Source: Candidatus Bathyarchaeia archaeon (GTDB taxonomy: Archaea; Thermoproteota; Bathyarchaeia; Bathyarchaeales; Bathycorpusculaceae). Taken from it: a stretch of DNA of 64,000 bases. A program made the position numbers and the translations under genes. The notes under the pieces were generated by a model that was given only the letters and a program-made list of their open reading frames with translations, made no database searches and was not told where the DNA came from. Below are positions 29,922 through 40,024 of this stretch, piece by piece (the first letter of the stretch is position 1; each line of letters begins with the position of its first letter). Where the stretch lies: positions 1 to 64,000 of the forward strand of contig JBBFKZ010000003.1 in assembly GCA_037481775.1 (NCBI GenBank), written 5' to 3'.

Positions 29922-30368
29922 TCAGGCGGTTTCTACTGGAATAACTTCCATATCCACAGTTGTTTCTTTTTCAGATGAACCGTAAGCTGAAGGCGACTTC
30001 GATTTTTGGACATCAGCTGGTCTAACAAGCTCGTGGGTGACAAAGAAATCGAAAAGCTTCTTCACATCCGTCAAAGTAGCCTTTTCCTCTGAACATGGCA
30101 GCCGCTCGGTAACCAGCCGCTTAGGATAATAGTATAACGCAAAATAGCGCTCACTGCCTGCTTTTTCTTCTTTTACTTCCATCCAAGTCATATTTTCCCG
30201 CTCGAAAATCAGCTTCAGCTTGCCTGCAAGTGCTAAATCAGAATCCAAAAACACTTTTGAACCATTGGAATCAACAGCGTAGGCTATCGGCGTGCAGAAA
30301 AACGCGTCGCCTTTAACAGGTTGAACAAAAATCACATCTCGTATCTGCCGTTTATTCTTTCCAAACAT
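29922..30368 (-). CDS. Hypothetical protein
   Basis: 148-aa ORF with ATG start in an otherwise empty gap. Confidence 0.55.
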   Translation of the reverse strand: MFGKNKRQIRDVIFVQPVKGDAFFCTPIAYAVDSNGSKVFLDSDLALAGKLKLIFERENMTWMEVKEEKAGSERYFALYYYPKRLVTERLPCSEEKATLTDVKKLFDFFVTHELVRPADVQKSKSPSAYGSSEKETTVDMEVIPVETA

Positions 30369-30692
30369 AGTCCACCACGATAATAAGCTACGTTCAGACC
30401 TCTTTTATGAATTATTAACTCTGGCAATGAATTTCAAATAAACAAAAAGCAAAGGCGAGAAAAGGCGAATTTATAAAATTGCTTAAAAATCCATGCCTTC
30501 CCACATAAACACGGTCAGTGCACTACAGAGTTCACCTCCATGGAAGGTTGTTTACGAAGTAGATTGATTTTACTCATGAGGTGAGCTAATTGCCTTCGTT
30601 TGGAAAAATTTAAATACAAATCAAAAACAAACACTCTTTGTGCACACTAACGTGTGTACTAAAGTTTAAGGAAGAATAGGAGAATAGATCAT

Positions 30693-33194
30693 ATGCCAAA
30701 TTGTAAAATAAGGCTAGCTGTTGCTGTCTCATTCCTTATGCTGATCGCTCTTCTTGCTGCACCAGCATTTGCTCAAATTGCACCTAGTAGGCTAAAAACA
30801 GTCGCCGTTATCGATGTGGTTCCTAACCCCGTTGGAGTCGGTGAAGACGTTCTGATCCGATTTGGTATTTTGCTGCAAACGCCTAACGTGGCCTTTGGAT
30901 ATAAAGGCTTAACATTGACCATCACGAAGCCAGACGGCACTACCGAGACACTTGGGCCATACCAGACAGACTCAACAGGCGGAACTGGAACAGTCTATAA
31001 GCCAACTCAAGCTGGGACATACAAGATAAAAGTTAACTTTCCAGAGCAGGTCTGGACTTTCGGCGACTTCGTTAACCGTGAAGGACTCTACACTATTCTT
31101 AACGGCACAATATTGTCGGCTAGCAGCGCTGAAATTGAGCTCACAGTTCGCCAAGAGCCCTCACAGCTATATCCTAGTCATCCGTTGCCCGCAGAGTACT
31201 GGGGCAGGCCAATTGATCCTCAGCTGCGTGAGTGGGCTACAATCTCCGGCAACTGGATGGCGCGGCCCTTTAACTCGTTGGCAGAGTATAATGATGATGC
31301 ACCTGAAACTGCTCACGTGCTATGGGCGAAGCCTTTGACTACGGGCGGCTTAACAGGCGGCTATTGGGGAGACGGACAAGTGCCTGCATCGTCTGAAACG
31401 GGCGATGCATATGAAGGCAAATTCCCGAATGCGGTGGTATTGAACGGAATCGTCTATTACACGAGAACAGACACGAGAATGGAGCAGGCGCCAGCAATCA
31501 TTGGAATAGATCTGCATACTGGAGAGGAAGTATTTTTCAAGAACAACACTGCGTTAGCGTTCGGACAAATTCTCTACTTCAACAGCTATAACTATGACGG
31601 GGTATTCACATATCTAGTCCAGACAGTTGGAACAACATATAACTTCTATGATCCTTTCACGGGCAATTGGCAATTTAGCTTCACGAATGTGCCTTCTGGC
31701 ACCCGCGTTTTCGGTCCAAGCGGTGAAATCCTAATCTACCAAATAGACTACGCTAATGGCTGGATGGCTCTCTGGAACTCAACTGCTGCTGGGCACTCGC
31801 ACTTGGGCGCTATGGGACCTGACTATGGCAGTTGGGGCAACTCGGTCCATGGAAGAACAATAGTTGCAAATGTGTCGAGAGCTTACTCATGGAACGTCTC
31901 AATACCAAAAGGCTTAACTGTCACAGTTAGCCCAATCAGTGGGCCCTCAATAAAGATCTACAATGATGACCGAATTGTAGGCTTATTCTTCAACTGGACT
32001 ACAGTGCGATGCTGGGCAATAAACCTGAAGCCTGGACTTAGAGGCCAAGTAATATTCGACAAGACATGGACGCCGCCATCCGATTGGAATGATGGTTCTC
32101 ACACGCTGCACTTCGTAGGAGCAACCAACAATGTTGCGAAAGGTGTCATAGCAATTTGGGACAAAGAATTAAGGCGGCACTACGGCTTCAGCGTGGAAAC
32201 TGGCAACTTCATGTGGCAGACAGAAAGCGAAATCTGGCTTGACGCTTATGGCTGGGGCAATGCTGAGCACACGTGGTACTTCGCTTACGGCAAACTATAC
32301 TCAGTCGGCGTCGGCGGCATCCTATACGCCTATGATGACCAAACAGGAAAGACAGTATGGACTTACCCGTTAGACGATAAATACGGTGAGCCTGTCACAG
32401 GCAATAACTGGTGGGGCTGGATAACGCTTATAGCAGACGGCAAACTCTACGTAGGCCACCTCGAGCACTCTGCTGAGCAGCCTCTGCCTCGTGGCGCGCC
32501 GTTCGTGTGCTTGGATGCTGATACTGGCGATGTGATTTGGCGCGTAAACGGCATGTTCCGCGCTACCAGGTGGGGTGGCAACGCTGTTATCGGCGACAGC
32601 ATCATCGCCACCATGGACACATATGACCAGCGAGTATACGCCATCGGCAAGGGTCCCACAGCCGTTTCAGTTTCAGCTTCCCCCGACATTGCAGTGCACG
32701 GCAGCAAGATCCTCGTAAAGGGCTCAGTCATCGATATTTCACCTGGCACAAAAGACCCAATTTTGGCTATGCGTTTCCCGAATGGCGTGCCCGCTGTTGC
32801 TGATGAGTCGATGAGCGACTGGATGCTGTACGTGTATAAGCAGTTTGAGTGCCCCGCGAACGTTAAGGGCGTTGAGGTTGTTGTTGAGGTGCTTGATCCT
32901 AACAACAACTACTATGAAGTAGGCAGAACCACAACAGACGGCTCAGGCTTCTACAAACTAACCTTCGAACCACCAGTCCCTGGCGAATACACTGTCATCG
33001 CACGGTTCACTGGCTCTAAGGCGTATTATGGCTCTTACGCCAAAACCGCAGTGTTCGTGGAAGAAGCACCGCCAGCGTCACCTGCATCTACGCCACCGCC
33101 TCAAGCGCCTGTCGAAACCTACTTCGCCATCTCCACAATCGCCATAATCGTTGCTATTGCCGTTGTCGGCGTCTTGCTGTTGAAGAGAAAGTAA
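30693..33194 (+). CDS. Secreted, C-terminally anchored PQQ-like beta-propeller protein
   Basis: Signal peptide, repeated D..TG..VW docking motifs, Ig-like ends, Pro linker + TM + KRK. Confidence 0.88.
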   Translation: MPNCKIRLAVAVSFLMLIALLAAPAFAQIAPSRLKTVAVIDVVPNPVGVGEDVLIRFGILLQTPNVAFGYKGLTLTITKPDGTTETLGPYQTDSTGGTGTVYKPTQAGTYKIKVNFPEQVWTFGDFVNREGLYTILNGTILSASSAEIELTVRQEPSQLYPSHPLPAEYWGRPIDPQLREWATISGNWMARPFNSLAEYNDDAPETAHVLWAKPLTTGGLTGGYWGDGQVPASSETGDAYEGKFPNAVVLNGIVYYTRTDTRMEQAPAIIGIDLHTGEEVFFKNNTALAFGQILYFNSYNYDGVFTYLVQTVGTTYNFYDPFTGNWQFSFTNVPSGTRVFGPSGEILIYQIDYANGWMALWNSTAAGHSHLGAMGPDYGSWGNSVHGRTIVANVSRAYSWNVSIPKGLTVTVSPISGPSIKIYNDDRIVGLFFNWTTVRCWAINLKPGLRGQVIFDKTWTPPSDWNDGSHTLHFVGATNNVAKGVIAIWDKELRRHYGFSVETGNFMWQTESEIWLDAYGWGNAEHTWYFAYGKLYSVGVGGILYAYDDQTGKTVWTYPLDDKYGEPVTGNNWWGWITLIADGKLYVGHLEHSAEQPLPRGAPFVCLDADTGDVIWRVNGMFRATRWGGNAVIGDSIIATMDTYDQRVYAIGKGPTAVSVSASPDIAVHGSKILVKGSVIDISPGTKDPILAMRFPNGVPAVADESMSDWMLYVYKQFECPANVKGVEVVVEVLDPNNNYYEVGRTTTDGSGFYKLTFEPPVPGEYTVIARFTGSKAYYGSYAKTAVFVEEAPPASPASTPPPQAPVETYFAISTIAIIVAIAVVGVLLLKRK

Positions 33195-33368
33195 TAGCCA
33201 AAACCTCGCAGTCTAATTTCCCCCATTTTTCCTTTTTGGAGAATGCAATGCTTATTCAAATTGAAGCAGGGGTCAATTAGGCCTGTTTTTTAATTTCTGC
33301 GTCATTAGCTAGAACGCGTGGGCAGAAGCTCTTTATTGTTGAATGTGTTAATTAATTGTGATGCTGAA

Positions 33369-34292
33369 ATGAGGAAGATAGTGTTAGTAAGCATCATCTT
33401 TATTTTGTTGCTTTCCGTTTCAGCACCGATCGAGCGGGCCGTTTTTCATACGGTTGACGCCAATTTTGTTCCCGGCATACCCTTCATCCGTATTATTTCG
33501 CCAGCAAACAAAACCTACAACACGGATTTGATCCCGCTGAATATATCGATCAGCACGTTCTTTGACTTTTACGGCAATCTCAGAATAGTTGAATATAGTC
33601 TTGACGGAAAAGAAAACGTTACCATAAGCACGGAGTATCAAGGCTTGGGCGAAGACTACTATTCAACAGTGACAGGCTTCGCGCAGTTGCCTGCGCTGTC
33701 TGAGGGAACGCATACAATAGCAGTTTATGCGACTTACCGGTTTCCAGATTACGGCGAATATACCACGTCAGATAGCAAAACCGTTACTTTCACGATCGAT
33801 TTTGCTTCGCCCTACATTACAATTCTTTCGCCTAGAAACTCTGCAAGATACAACACGACCGATGTACCGCTGATTTTCACGGTTGATAGATCCTTTTCAA
33901 CTCTGAGTTACTGCTTGGATAGTAACGCAAACATCTTCATGGAAGGAAACACTACACTAACCGGTTTGCCAGTGGGACTGCATAAACTTGTCGTTTACGC
34001 TACTAATGCAGAAGGCGCTACTGGGATTTCAGAAACTGTTTCCTTCGAGATAGGCGAGGAATTCGCGCCGCCTTCACCGTCACCCTCGCTTACTCCATCA
34101 TTCTCACCTGAAGTTAAGCCCACGGCTGCTCCCGCTGTGACTCCAACATCAACTGCCCCTTCAGAGCCGCTCCCATTAAATCTACTCGCCGCTTCTGTAT
34201 TTACCCTGATTATAGTTGTTTTAGGTCTTAGTTTCAAGAAAATTCGAAAAAAGAATAGAGCTGCTTCCCCCTCATTCACTTCTAAAAACTAG
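33369..34292 (+). CDS. Secreted Ig-like repeat protein with C-terminal TM
   Basis: Two I.SP.N..Y.T...PL...YSLDG...L..G.H repeats; Pro/Thr linker and TM. Confidence 0.75.
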   Translation: MRKIVLVSIIFILLLSVSAPIERAVFHTVDANFVPGIPFIRIISPANKTYNTDLIPLNISISTFFDFYGNLRIVEYSLDGKENVTISTEYQGLGEDYYSTVTGFAQLPALSEGTHTIAVYATYRFPDYGEYTTSDSKTVTFTIDFASPYITILSPRNSARYNTTDVPLIFTVDRSFSTLSYCLDSNANIFMEGNTTLTGLPVGLHKLVVYATNAEGATGISETVSFEIGEEFAPPSPSPSLTPSFSPEVKPTAAPAVTPTSTAPSEPLPLNLLAASVFTLIIVVLGLSFKKIRKKNRAASPSFTSKN

Positions 34293-34367
34293 CATTTGCG
34301 GATCATTTTAAAGACGGCAAAATCAGACAATTTAAGCAATAATGTGCAATTTTATATTGGTTCAATT

Positions 34368-34436
34368 TAGGCGGGCGGGTTGAGATTTGCATCCTCTGGC
34401 GTGGAGAAATTACCCGCAAATTCTCTTTTTCTATTT
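34368..34436 (-). repeat. tRNA-3'-end-like/att-like repeat A
   Basis: 22/24 identical to 35732-35755; shares a GCGTGGAGAAA..ACCCGCAAA arm. Confidence 0.6.
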
Positions 34437-34442
34437 TTTAGA

Positions 34443-35618
34443 TTATTTGTTAATTTTTTGGCGTTTTATAAGCAGGATCGCAACAAGTGTAACGAACATT
34501 AATGATGGAAGGATAAACCACGCTGCCGGAAACTCTGAGACGTAAGTAATCGCATAGAGGGCTTGCCAATAACTCCAGATTGCTTTTTCAGTACCATTTT
34601 TGTATTTTAATCCGACAAAATCATTGGGCACAGCTTTGGAATCTGTCTCTTCCTCTACCGTGCGAATGTCATGTAAGCATAACCAGTTGACAATTTCCAG
34701 AGGCATATTTCTTGTGTTTTCCAGAAACCAGAGCAGAAACTCAACTTGTTCTTGTTCAGATCCACCTCTTAACAGCGCAGAACTAGTCCATCCTATCTCA
34801 CTGAAAGCAATTGGCTTATCTCCTGTGTAGTTCATTATGCACGTGTAATAGTCAGACGGCATGTCGCCTGGTTTTTCGTACCGTGCGGGTCCTGGATAAC
34901 CAAGCATATACGGGTATGACGTGAAGCCAAAAAGGTCGATTTTGTCTTTGTTGAACTTTTCTATTAAGAACCACCCGTTATAGGAATCGATTGTATCAAG
35001 TCTAAAAACTATGAAGACTTTGGTTTCTGGAGACACCGCCTTTATTCCATCGTAGGTTTCGTTTACCAAGCTGACGTAATTATCGAAGTCTTCTTGGCTG
35101 CAGTTCCAGTAGTATGTGTCTACTTCATTCCCTATACAGAAGTATCTTGGATGATAATCTCGAGAAATGTTGACGGCTTGCTCGATCCACAGCTGGCGAA
35201 GTTCAGGGGTTCCAAGGTTTGTCGTGATAGAGTTCATGTAAGAGGGGACTTGCAAAATTACTTTCCCGTTTTCTATGGTCCAGAAATTCAGTTCAAATAT
35301 GGGCGTCAGACCGCTTGAGTTTATTAGCCATAAAAGCCCTTGTGTCTGAGGCTTTTTCAAATGTTCAGTTGTATTGTACCATGGTACATTTGCAAACCAA
35401 AGATTCATAACATCTGCAACCGAACCAGCTATGTTATATACTTCAAAAGTTTCATTCAAATTGATTGTGGGCGTGGGGGTTACACCGATTAAAAAGTTTC
35501 TGGAAGTTATGGGAAGAGAAGCCCCTTCACATTTCGCCTTTTTAACAGTAGTTGTATTAACCAAGCTTGCGACAGAAAACAAGAAAATTAGGATGAAAGA
35601 CATAACCTTGTATTTCAT
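34443..35618 (-). CDS. Secreted glycoside hydrolase-like TIM-barrel protein with PEF-CTERM-like tail
   Basis: IGNEV, FTSYPY, PIAFSEIGW clan GH-A-like motifs; tail VSEFP + TM + KRQK; ATG at 35618. Confidence 0.7.
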   Translation of the reverse strand: MKYKVMSFILIFLFSVASLVNTTTVKKAKCEGASLPITSRNFLIGVTPTPTINLNETFEVYNIAGSVADVMNLWFANVPWYNTTEHLKKPQTQGLLWLINSSGLTPIFELNFWTIENGKVILQVPSYMNSITTNLGTPELRQLWIEQAVNISRDYHPRYFCIGNEVDTYYWNCSQEDFDNYVSLVNETYDGIKAVSPETKVFIVFRLDTIDSYNGWFLIEKFNKDKIDLFGFTSYPYMLGYPGPARYEKPGDMPSDYYTCIMNYTGDKPIAFSEIGWTSSALLRGGSEQEQVEFLLWFLENTRNMPLEIVNWLCLHDIRTVEEETDSKAVPNDFVGLKYKNGTEKAIWSYWQALYAITYVSEFPAAWFILPSLMFVTLVAILLIKRQKINK

Positions 35619-35731
35619 GTGACTCTTTCCAACAAGTTGTATAGAGTTTTGTGCATTTAAAAGGTAGACACCGAAGCCTAACACTGAACCATCATCCAAA
35701 CTTCGATACTTCACTGGTGTGAAGTTCAACG

Positions 35732-35805
35732 TAGGCGGGCGGGGTGGGATTTGCACTCGCTGCAGCGTGGAGAAAACACCCGCAAAAACCCCTCTTTTTT
35801 TATTC
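35732..35805 (-). repeat. tRNA-3'-end-like/att-like repeat B
   Basis: Minus strand GTGCAAATCCCACCCCGCCCGCCTA resembles a T-arm plus acceptor 3' strand; same arm as repeat A. Confidence 0.6.
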
Positions 35806-35891
35806 TAGAAATGGGAATACGATTTGTGAAACAGATAAAATCAAACTTTTTAGAGAACGCAAGTAAAAGCGATGGTATTTCACGCCATTTA

Positions 35892-35958
35892 TGGTGCATT
35901 CGCCGGGATTTGAACCCGAAACAGCAACGGATGGAGATATCCCGCAAAATCCTCCTTT
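35892..35958 (-). repeat. tRNA 3' fragment ending in CCA (candidate att site), repeat C
   Basis: Minus strand CGGGTTCAAATCCCGGCGAATGCACCA; no 5' half present; same TGGAGA..CCCGCAAA arm. Confidence 0.65.
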
Positions 35959-36275
35959 ATCTTTTGCCGTTTCTTTTAGCAGCGACTAACAGAAGGTGAT
36001 ACCTAAATTTTCATGATTACTTTACATGGCGTTAACAGAAGAGGAATCGCCGTAAACGTTATTGTCCATCAAATTGTTCCTCGCCACACTGCCCAAGCAA
36101 GCCCAATCACCCTTTATTCGATGAAATGACGCTTCCAGCAGCCCCGGCGCCGAGAAAACCTGATATGCATACAGCCACGGTTGCATGTTACGTAAAAAGA
36201 TTCTACATAGGCACCTGCAAACTTGAACAGCGTGGAAGGCATCTTTCACAAGCGCAAATCCATTTAATTTCCAGC

Positions 36276-37127
36276 TTAACGCTGACCCAGCATTCGCCAT
36301 TTAGTTTCGAAGTAATCTCTCATCAAAGCCACAAACTCCGGCGCATCAGACCATAAAACAGGGCTATCCAGAGAAGCACCTATCCTGCAGAACACCTCCT
36401 TTCCATCAACCAGCAGCACACACGCCTGCTGACCCGACCGCGCAAACCTAACCGCAAAACATCTGCTACTGCACAACTCGGGATGAAGACGAAGCTCCAT
36501 GTCTTCTACGCCATTAATTATAAATTTGAACTGGACCCCGCGCTTCACAGCATCTCGCCAGACGCCCTCATCTAAATCCCTTATCTGGCAGAAAAGACGC
36601 GCAGTAGTAAGGCACATAACACTCTTCTTTGAATCCGCAACCGCCCTGCCCAGCTTATACACCGATTTTGACGGGTCAGTTTCGTTTTTAGCAAGCAGCC
36701 TGAAACCCGCTGAGCTGGGCGCCGCGCCGCCTGCGGCTTGGCAGTCAACTTCAAAGTTTCTAAACTGCGCTGCTGCCTCCTTCTCCAGCTGCGCCATTTC
36801 GCTCTCTTTCCTTTTGAGCAGAAGCTGCAGGGTTGACTGTACGGGGATCGCGTGGAAGGTTGCTGGTTTGGCAAGTGTTTTCTCGACCAGGCCGTCTTCT
36901 TGAAGCTCGGAAAGCGCTTGGTAGACGGGCTGCCGCGGCTTCTTCAGCTGTTTGCAGAGGCTTTTTTCGTCTGAGTCTTGATGGATCAGCAAGGCTAGGT
37001 ACACCTTGGCTTTTATGCTGGATAGGCCGAGCTTTGTTAAAATTTTCACGGGCTCCTCGGGGATCAAGGGTGGCTCTTCCTTTATTATGGAGTGCTCATT
37101 AAGCAGCTTATTTTTGTCTGTCATCAT
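36276..37127 (-). CDS. TrmB-family transcriptional regulator
   Basis: LGLS...AKVYLAL, R..VY..L.EL...GLVEK..P; C-terminal LLVDGKEV domain. Confidence 0.85.
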   Translation of the reverse strand: MMTDKNKLLNEHSIIKEEPPLIPEEPVKILTKLGLSSIKAKVYLALLIHQDSDEKSLCKQLKKPRQPVYQALSELQEDGLVEKTLAKPATFHAIPVQSTLQLLLKRKESEMAQLEKEAAAQFRNFEVDCQAAGGAAPSSAGFRLLAKNETDPSKSVYKLGRAVADSKKSVMCLTTARLFCQIRDLDEGVWRDAVKRGVQFKFIINGVEDMELRLHPELCSSRCFAVRFARSGQQACVLLVDGKEVFCRIGASLDSPVLWSDAPEFVALMRDYFETKWRMLGQR

Positions 37128-37207
37128 TCAGCGTTGATGACACAGTTTTATTAGAGTCATATCTCATAATTATGTTTTGCGTAAAATAATGAAAGGAGAA
37201 AAGGAAG

Positions 37208-39823
37208 ATGAACAAAAACAAACAAACTGTAATTGTTTTGATTCTGATGTCAATAATGGCTGTTATGCTTGTTGCTTTGCCTCTGGCTAACGCGCACACG
37301 CCGCCATTGCAAATTCCTACATATGCCTACATCAATGTCGCACCTAACCCCGTCGGCGTAGGTCAACAAGTTGCTGTCACAGGCTGGATTGATAAGGTGC
37401 CGCCGGGCGCGTCAGGACCATGGGGCACCCGATGGTACAACATGAAAGTGACAGTCACGAAGCCTGACGGAAGCACCGAAGAACTCGGGCCTTTCACCTC
37501 AGACTCGGTGGGTGGCATTTGGACATGGTATACGCCTACTCAGGTCGGTACATACAAATTTGTGCTTACCTTCCCTGGTCAAGTGGCAAAGGTAGAGAAT
37601 CCAATACCTCCAGGCTATAATCCTATAGTACCTTTGGGAACCCAATTTATCAACGACACATATTTGCCGAGTACTAGTGAACCTTTCTATCTTACGGTGC
37701 AGCAGGAGCCTATAGAGTCGAAGTATCCGCCTAATCCGTTGCCAACTGAATACTGGTCAAGACCGATAAATTCGATGAACAGAGAATGGTACTTGATTGG
37801 CGGCAACTGGCTCGGGCTCGGCGCAACATCATTCGGCACAACTGGCATGTACTCCAGTAAGGACAACTTCGCGCCCTACACTACAGCGCCTAATAGTGCT
37901 CATGTTCTATGGACGGAGCCAATTGCTTTCGGAGGCCAAATAGGAGGCGAGCATGGTCCAGACGAGACAAGCCTTTACGCCACTGGCACGGCTTACGAAG
38001 CCAAATTCAATGCGGTAATACTTTACGGGATACTTTATTACACGGAGTATCCTGGCGCTGGCAACAATCCTGCGGGTTTGAAGGCTGTTGATTTGCGTAC
38101 TGGTGAGACGGTTTGGGAGAAGCCTGTTACTACGCCTTTGCGGGTTGGCATGATCTATAACTTCATTACTGGCGATCAGTATGGTGCGCATGCGTACTTG
38201 TTCTGTGCTCCTGCGACGGTAGGTTTTGTGCCTTATCCGCCGGGCAACACCTGGGAGATGTATGATGCAATGACTGGCGATTGGATATTGAACATTGCTA
38301 ATGCGAGTGCTGGCACGCTTGTGCGTGGCCCGATGGGGGAAATTTTAAGCTATACTCTTGCTGGTGGTATGTTGCGTATGTGGAACATGAGCAAATGCAT
38401 TGCTGAAGGACAACGAAAATACGTTTACAGTTTGATATACACGCCTGAGGAGATTTGGCGGCCGCCAAAAGGAGCGACAATCGACTGGAACGGCGGCTAT
38501 CAATGGAGTGTTCCTGTCGCAACTACTCTTGACGGCAAGCCAATTTCTCCGCCTCTAGCAATTACTGCGATTTCTGACGATGTAGTGCTTATGACTGGTA
38601 TAGAAGGTTTGTATACTGGAGGAGCCCCTGGAGGTGCCTCTTCAGGTTATATGGTACAAGCAGGTTACAGTGCAATCGACGGACGACTACTGTGGGGACC
38701 AGTAAACAGAACATTCGAAGCGTGGACCACTAAAAATATTAATCGATTTCCTGGAGCTTTGGGTGATGGCGTTTATGCCGTATACACTCTGCAGACGTTT
38801 TCATGGGAAGCATATGACATAAAGACTGGCAATAAACTTTGGGGTCCAAAAAGGGTCTTCAACAGTAGCTGGGCATACTACGATTACACAGGTCCAGGAG
38901 TTATTGGCTATGGCAATCTTTACACGTGGGGATTAAGTGGTGAAGTATACTGCCTTGACGCTAAGACAGGTGAAATTAAGTGGAACTTTAATACCGGAAG
39001 CTCAGGCGTCGACAGCCCATTCGGCTCTTGGCCTCTTGGTACATGGTGGAGTCATTATGTTCTCGCTGATGGCAAACTGTATGTGCGGGCTGGACACGAC
39101 TATACGCCGCCAGTGTTCAAAGGTGCGAAGATTTACTGTTTAAATGCGTCTACGGGAAAGTTGATTTGGAGTTCGTTAAGCTTTGATATTGTGGGTTCGC
39201 CTGCTGTGGCTGATGGCATTATGGTTTGGTTCAATGGCTATGATAATCAGATTTATGCTTACGGTAAGGGTCCAAGCAAAACTACTGTGGCTGCGTCTCC
39301 GAAGGTTACGGTGCATGGCGGCAAGGTGCTTGTTGAGGGTATGGTCACTGATGAGTCTCCTGGTGCGAAGAAGTATGCGCAGACTGCTAGGTTCCCGAAT
39401 GGTGTTCCAGCGATAGCGGATGAGGACATGAGTGCTTGGATGGAGTATTTGTATCAGCAGCAGCCGAAGCCTGTGAATGCGAAGGGCGTTGAAGTGACTG
39501 TTACTGTGCTTGATCCGAATGGTAACTGTTATGATGTGGCTAAGGCTACGAGCGACGTGAACGGCTTTTACAGCGCGACGTTTGAGCCGCCTGTTCCTGG
39601 CAAGTACACTGTTATCGCCACGTTCACCGGTTCAGAATCCTACTACGGGTCTGTTGCGGAAACTGCTGTGTTCGTTGAGGAAGCGCCTCCGCCTACTCCT
39701 GAGCCTACGTCGATGCCTGCGTCAGCGGCTGACCTCTACTTGGTTCCGGGAATAATTGGCATAATCGTCGCAATTGCAGTAGTCGGCGCTATCATAGTGC
39801 TGATGCTGAGGAAGCGGCCGTAA
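37208..39823 (+). CDS. Secreted, C-terminally anchored PQQ-like beta-propeller protein
   Basis: Paralog of 30693..33194 (PNPVGVG, EYW.RPI, RFPNGVPA, FEPPVPG); TM + RKRP. Confidence 0.88.
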   Translation: MNKNKQTVIVLILMSIMAVMLVALPLANAHTPPLQIPTYAYINVAPNPVGVGQQVAVTGWIDKVPPGASGPWGTRWYNMKVTVTKPDGSTEELGPFTSDSVGGIWTWYTPTQVGTYKFVLTFPGQVAKVENPIPPGYNPIVPLGTQFINDTYLPSTSEPFYLTVQQEPIESKYPPNPLPTEYWSRPINSMNREWYLIGGNWLGLGATSFGTTGMYSSKDNFAPYTTAPNSAHVLWTEPIAFGGQIGGEHGPDETSLYATGTAYEAKFNAVILYGILYYTEYPGAGNNPAGLKAVDLRTGETVWEKPVTTPLRVGMIYNFITGDQYGAHAYLFCAPATVGFVPYPPGNTWEMYDAMTGDWILNIANASAGTLVRGPMGEILSYTLAGGMLRMWNMSKCIAEGQRKYVYSLIYTPEEIWRPPKGATIDWNGGYQWSVPVATTLDGKPISPPLAITAISDDVVLMTGIEGLYTGGAPGGASSGYMVQAGYSAIDGRLLWGPVNRTFEAWTTKNINRFPGALGDGVYAVYTLQTFSWEAYDIKTGNKLWGPKRVFNSSWAYYDYTGPGVIGYGNLYTWGLSGEVYCLDAKTGEIKWNFNTGSSGVDSPFGSWPLGTWWSHYVLADGKLYVRAGHDYTPPVFKGAKIYCLNASTGKLIWSSLSFDIVGSPAVADGIMVWFNGYDNQIYAYGKGPSKTTVAASPKVTVHGGKVLVEGMVTDESPGAKKYAQTARFPNGVPAIADEDMSAWMEYLYQQQPKPVNAKGVEVTVTVLDPNGNCYDVAKATSDVNGFYSATFEPPVPGKYTVIATFTGSESYYGSVAETAVFVEEAPPPTPEPTSMPASAADLYLVPGIIGIIVAIAVVGAIIVLMLRKRP

Positions 39824-40018
39824 AGGTGCAGTCAACAAAACTTCACTTCCCCCTTTTTTTGGGCGTTCAAAGTCAGCTAAGCTCGACGGAGAATAGAACT
39901 GCGGGCTGAATGGGCTTTGGGCTTAAAATGGCGATTGCAGCAGCAGATTGCCATTTTTCTCTTCTCCTTTAGGTTTGGCGCCCAAGGCCCCAGCAAACCC
40001 ATGTTTAGTAATGTTTAA
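39797..40018 (+). repeat. Copy 2 of the ~220-bp conserved structured element
   Basis: Aligns to 91..313; stem gggctttgggc (39912-22)/gcccaaggccc (39980-90). Confidence 0.85.
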
Positions 40019-40024
40019 CTGAAG

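Noticed and set aside
30640-30659. Imperfect palindrome GTGCACAC-taac-GTGTGTAC upstream of a PQQ-like gene
   Set aside because: Single occurrence with no second copy noticed, so an operator role cannot be supported.
35892-35970. Complete tRNA gene on the minus strand
   Set aside because: Only the T-arm, acceptor 3' strand and CCA are present; there is no complementary 5' acceptor strand, D-arm or anticodon arm.
30693-39823. PQQ-dependent dehydrogenases
   Set aside because: Only propeller docking repeats are visible; catalytic residues and pqq biosynthesis genes were not recognised.
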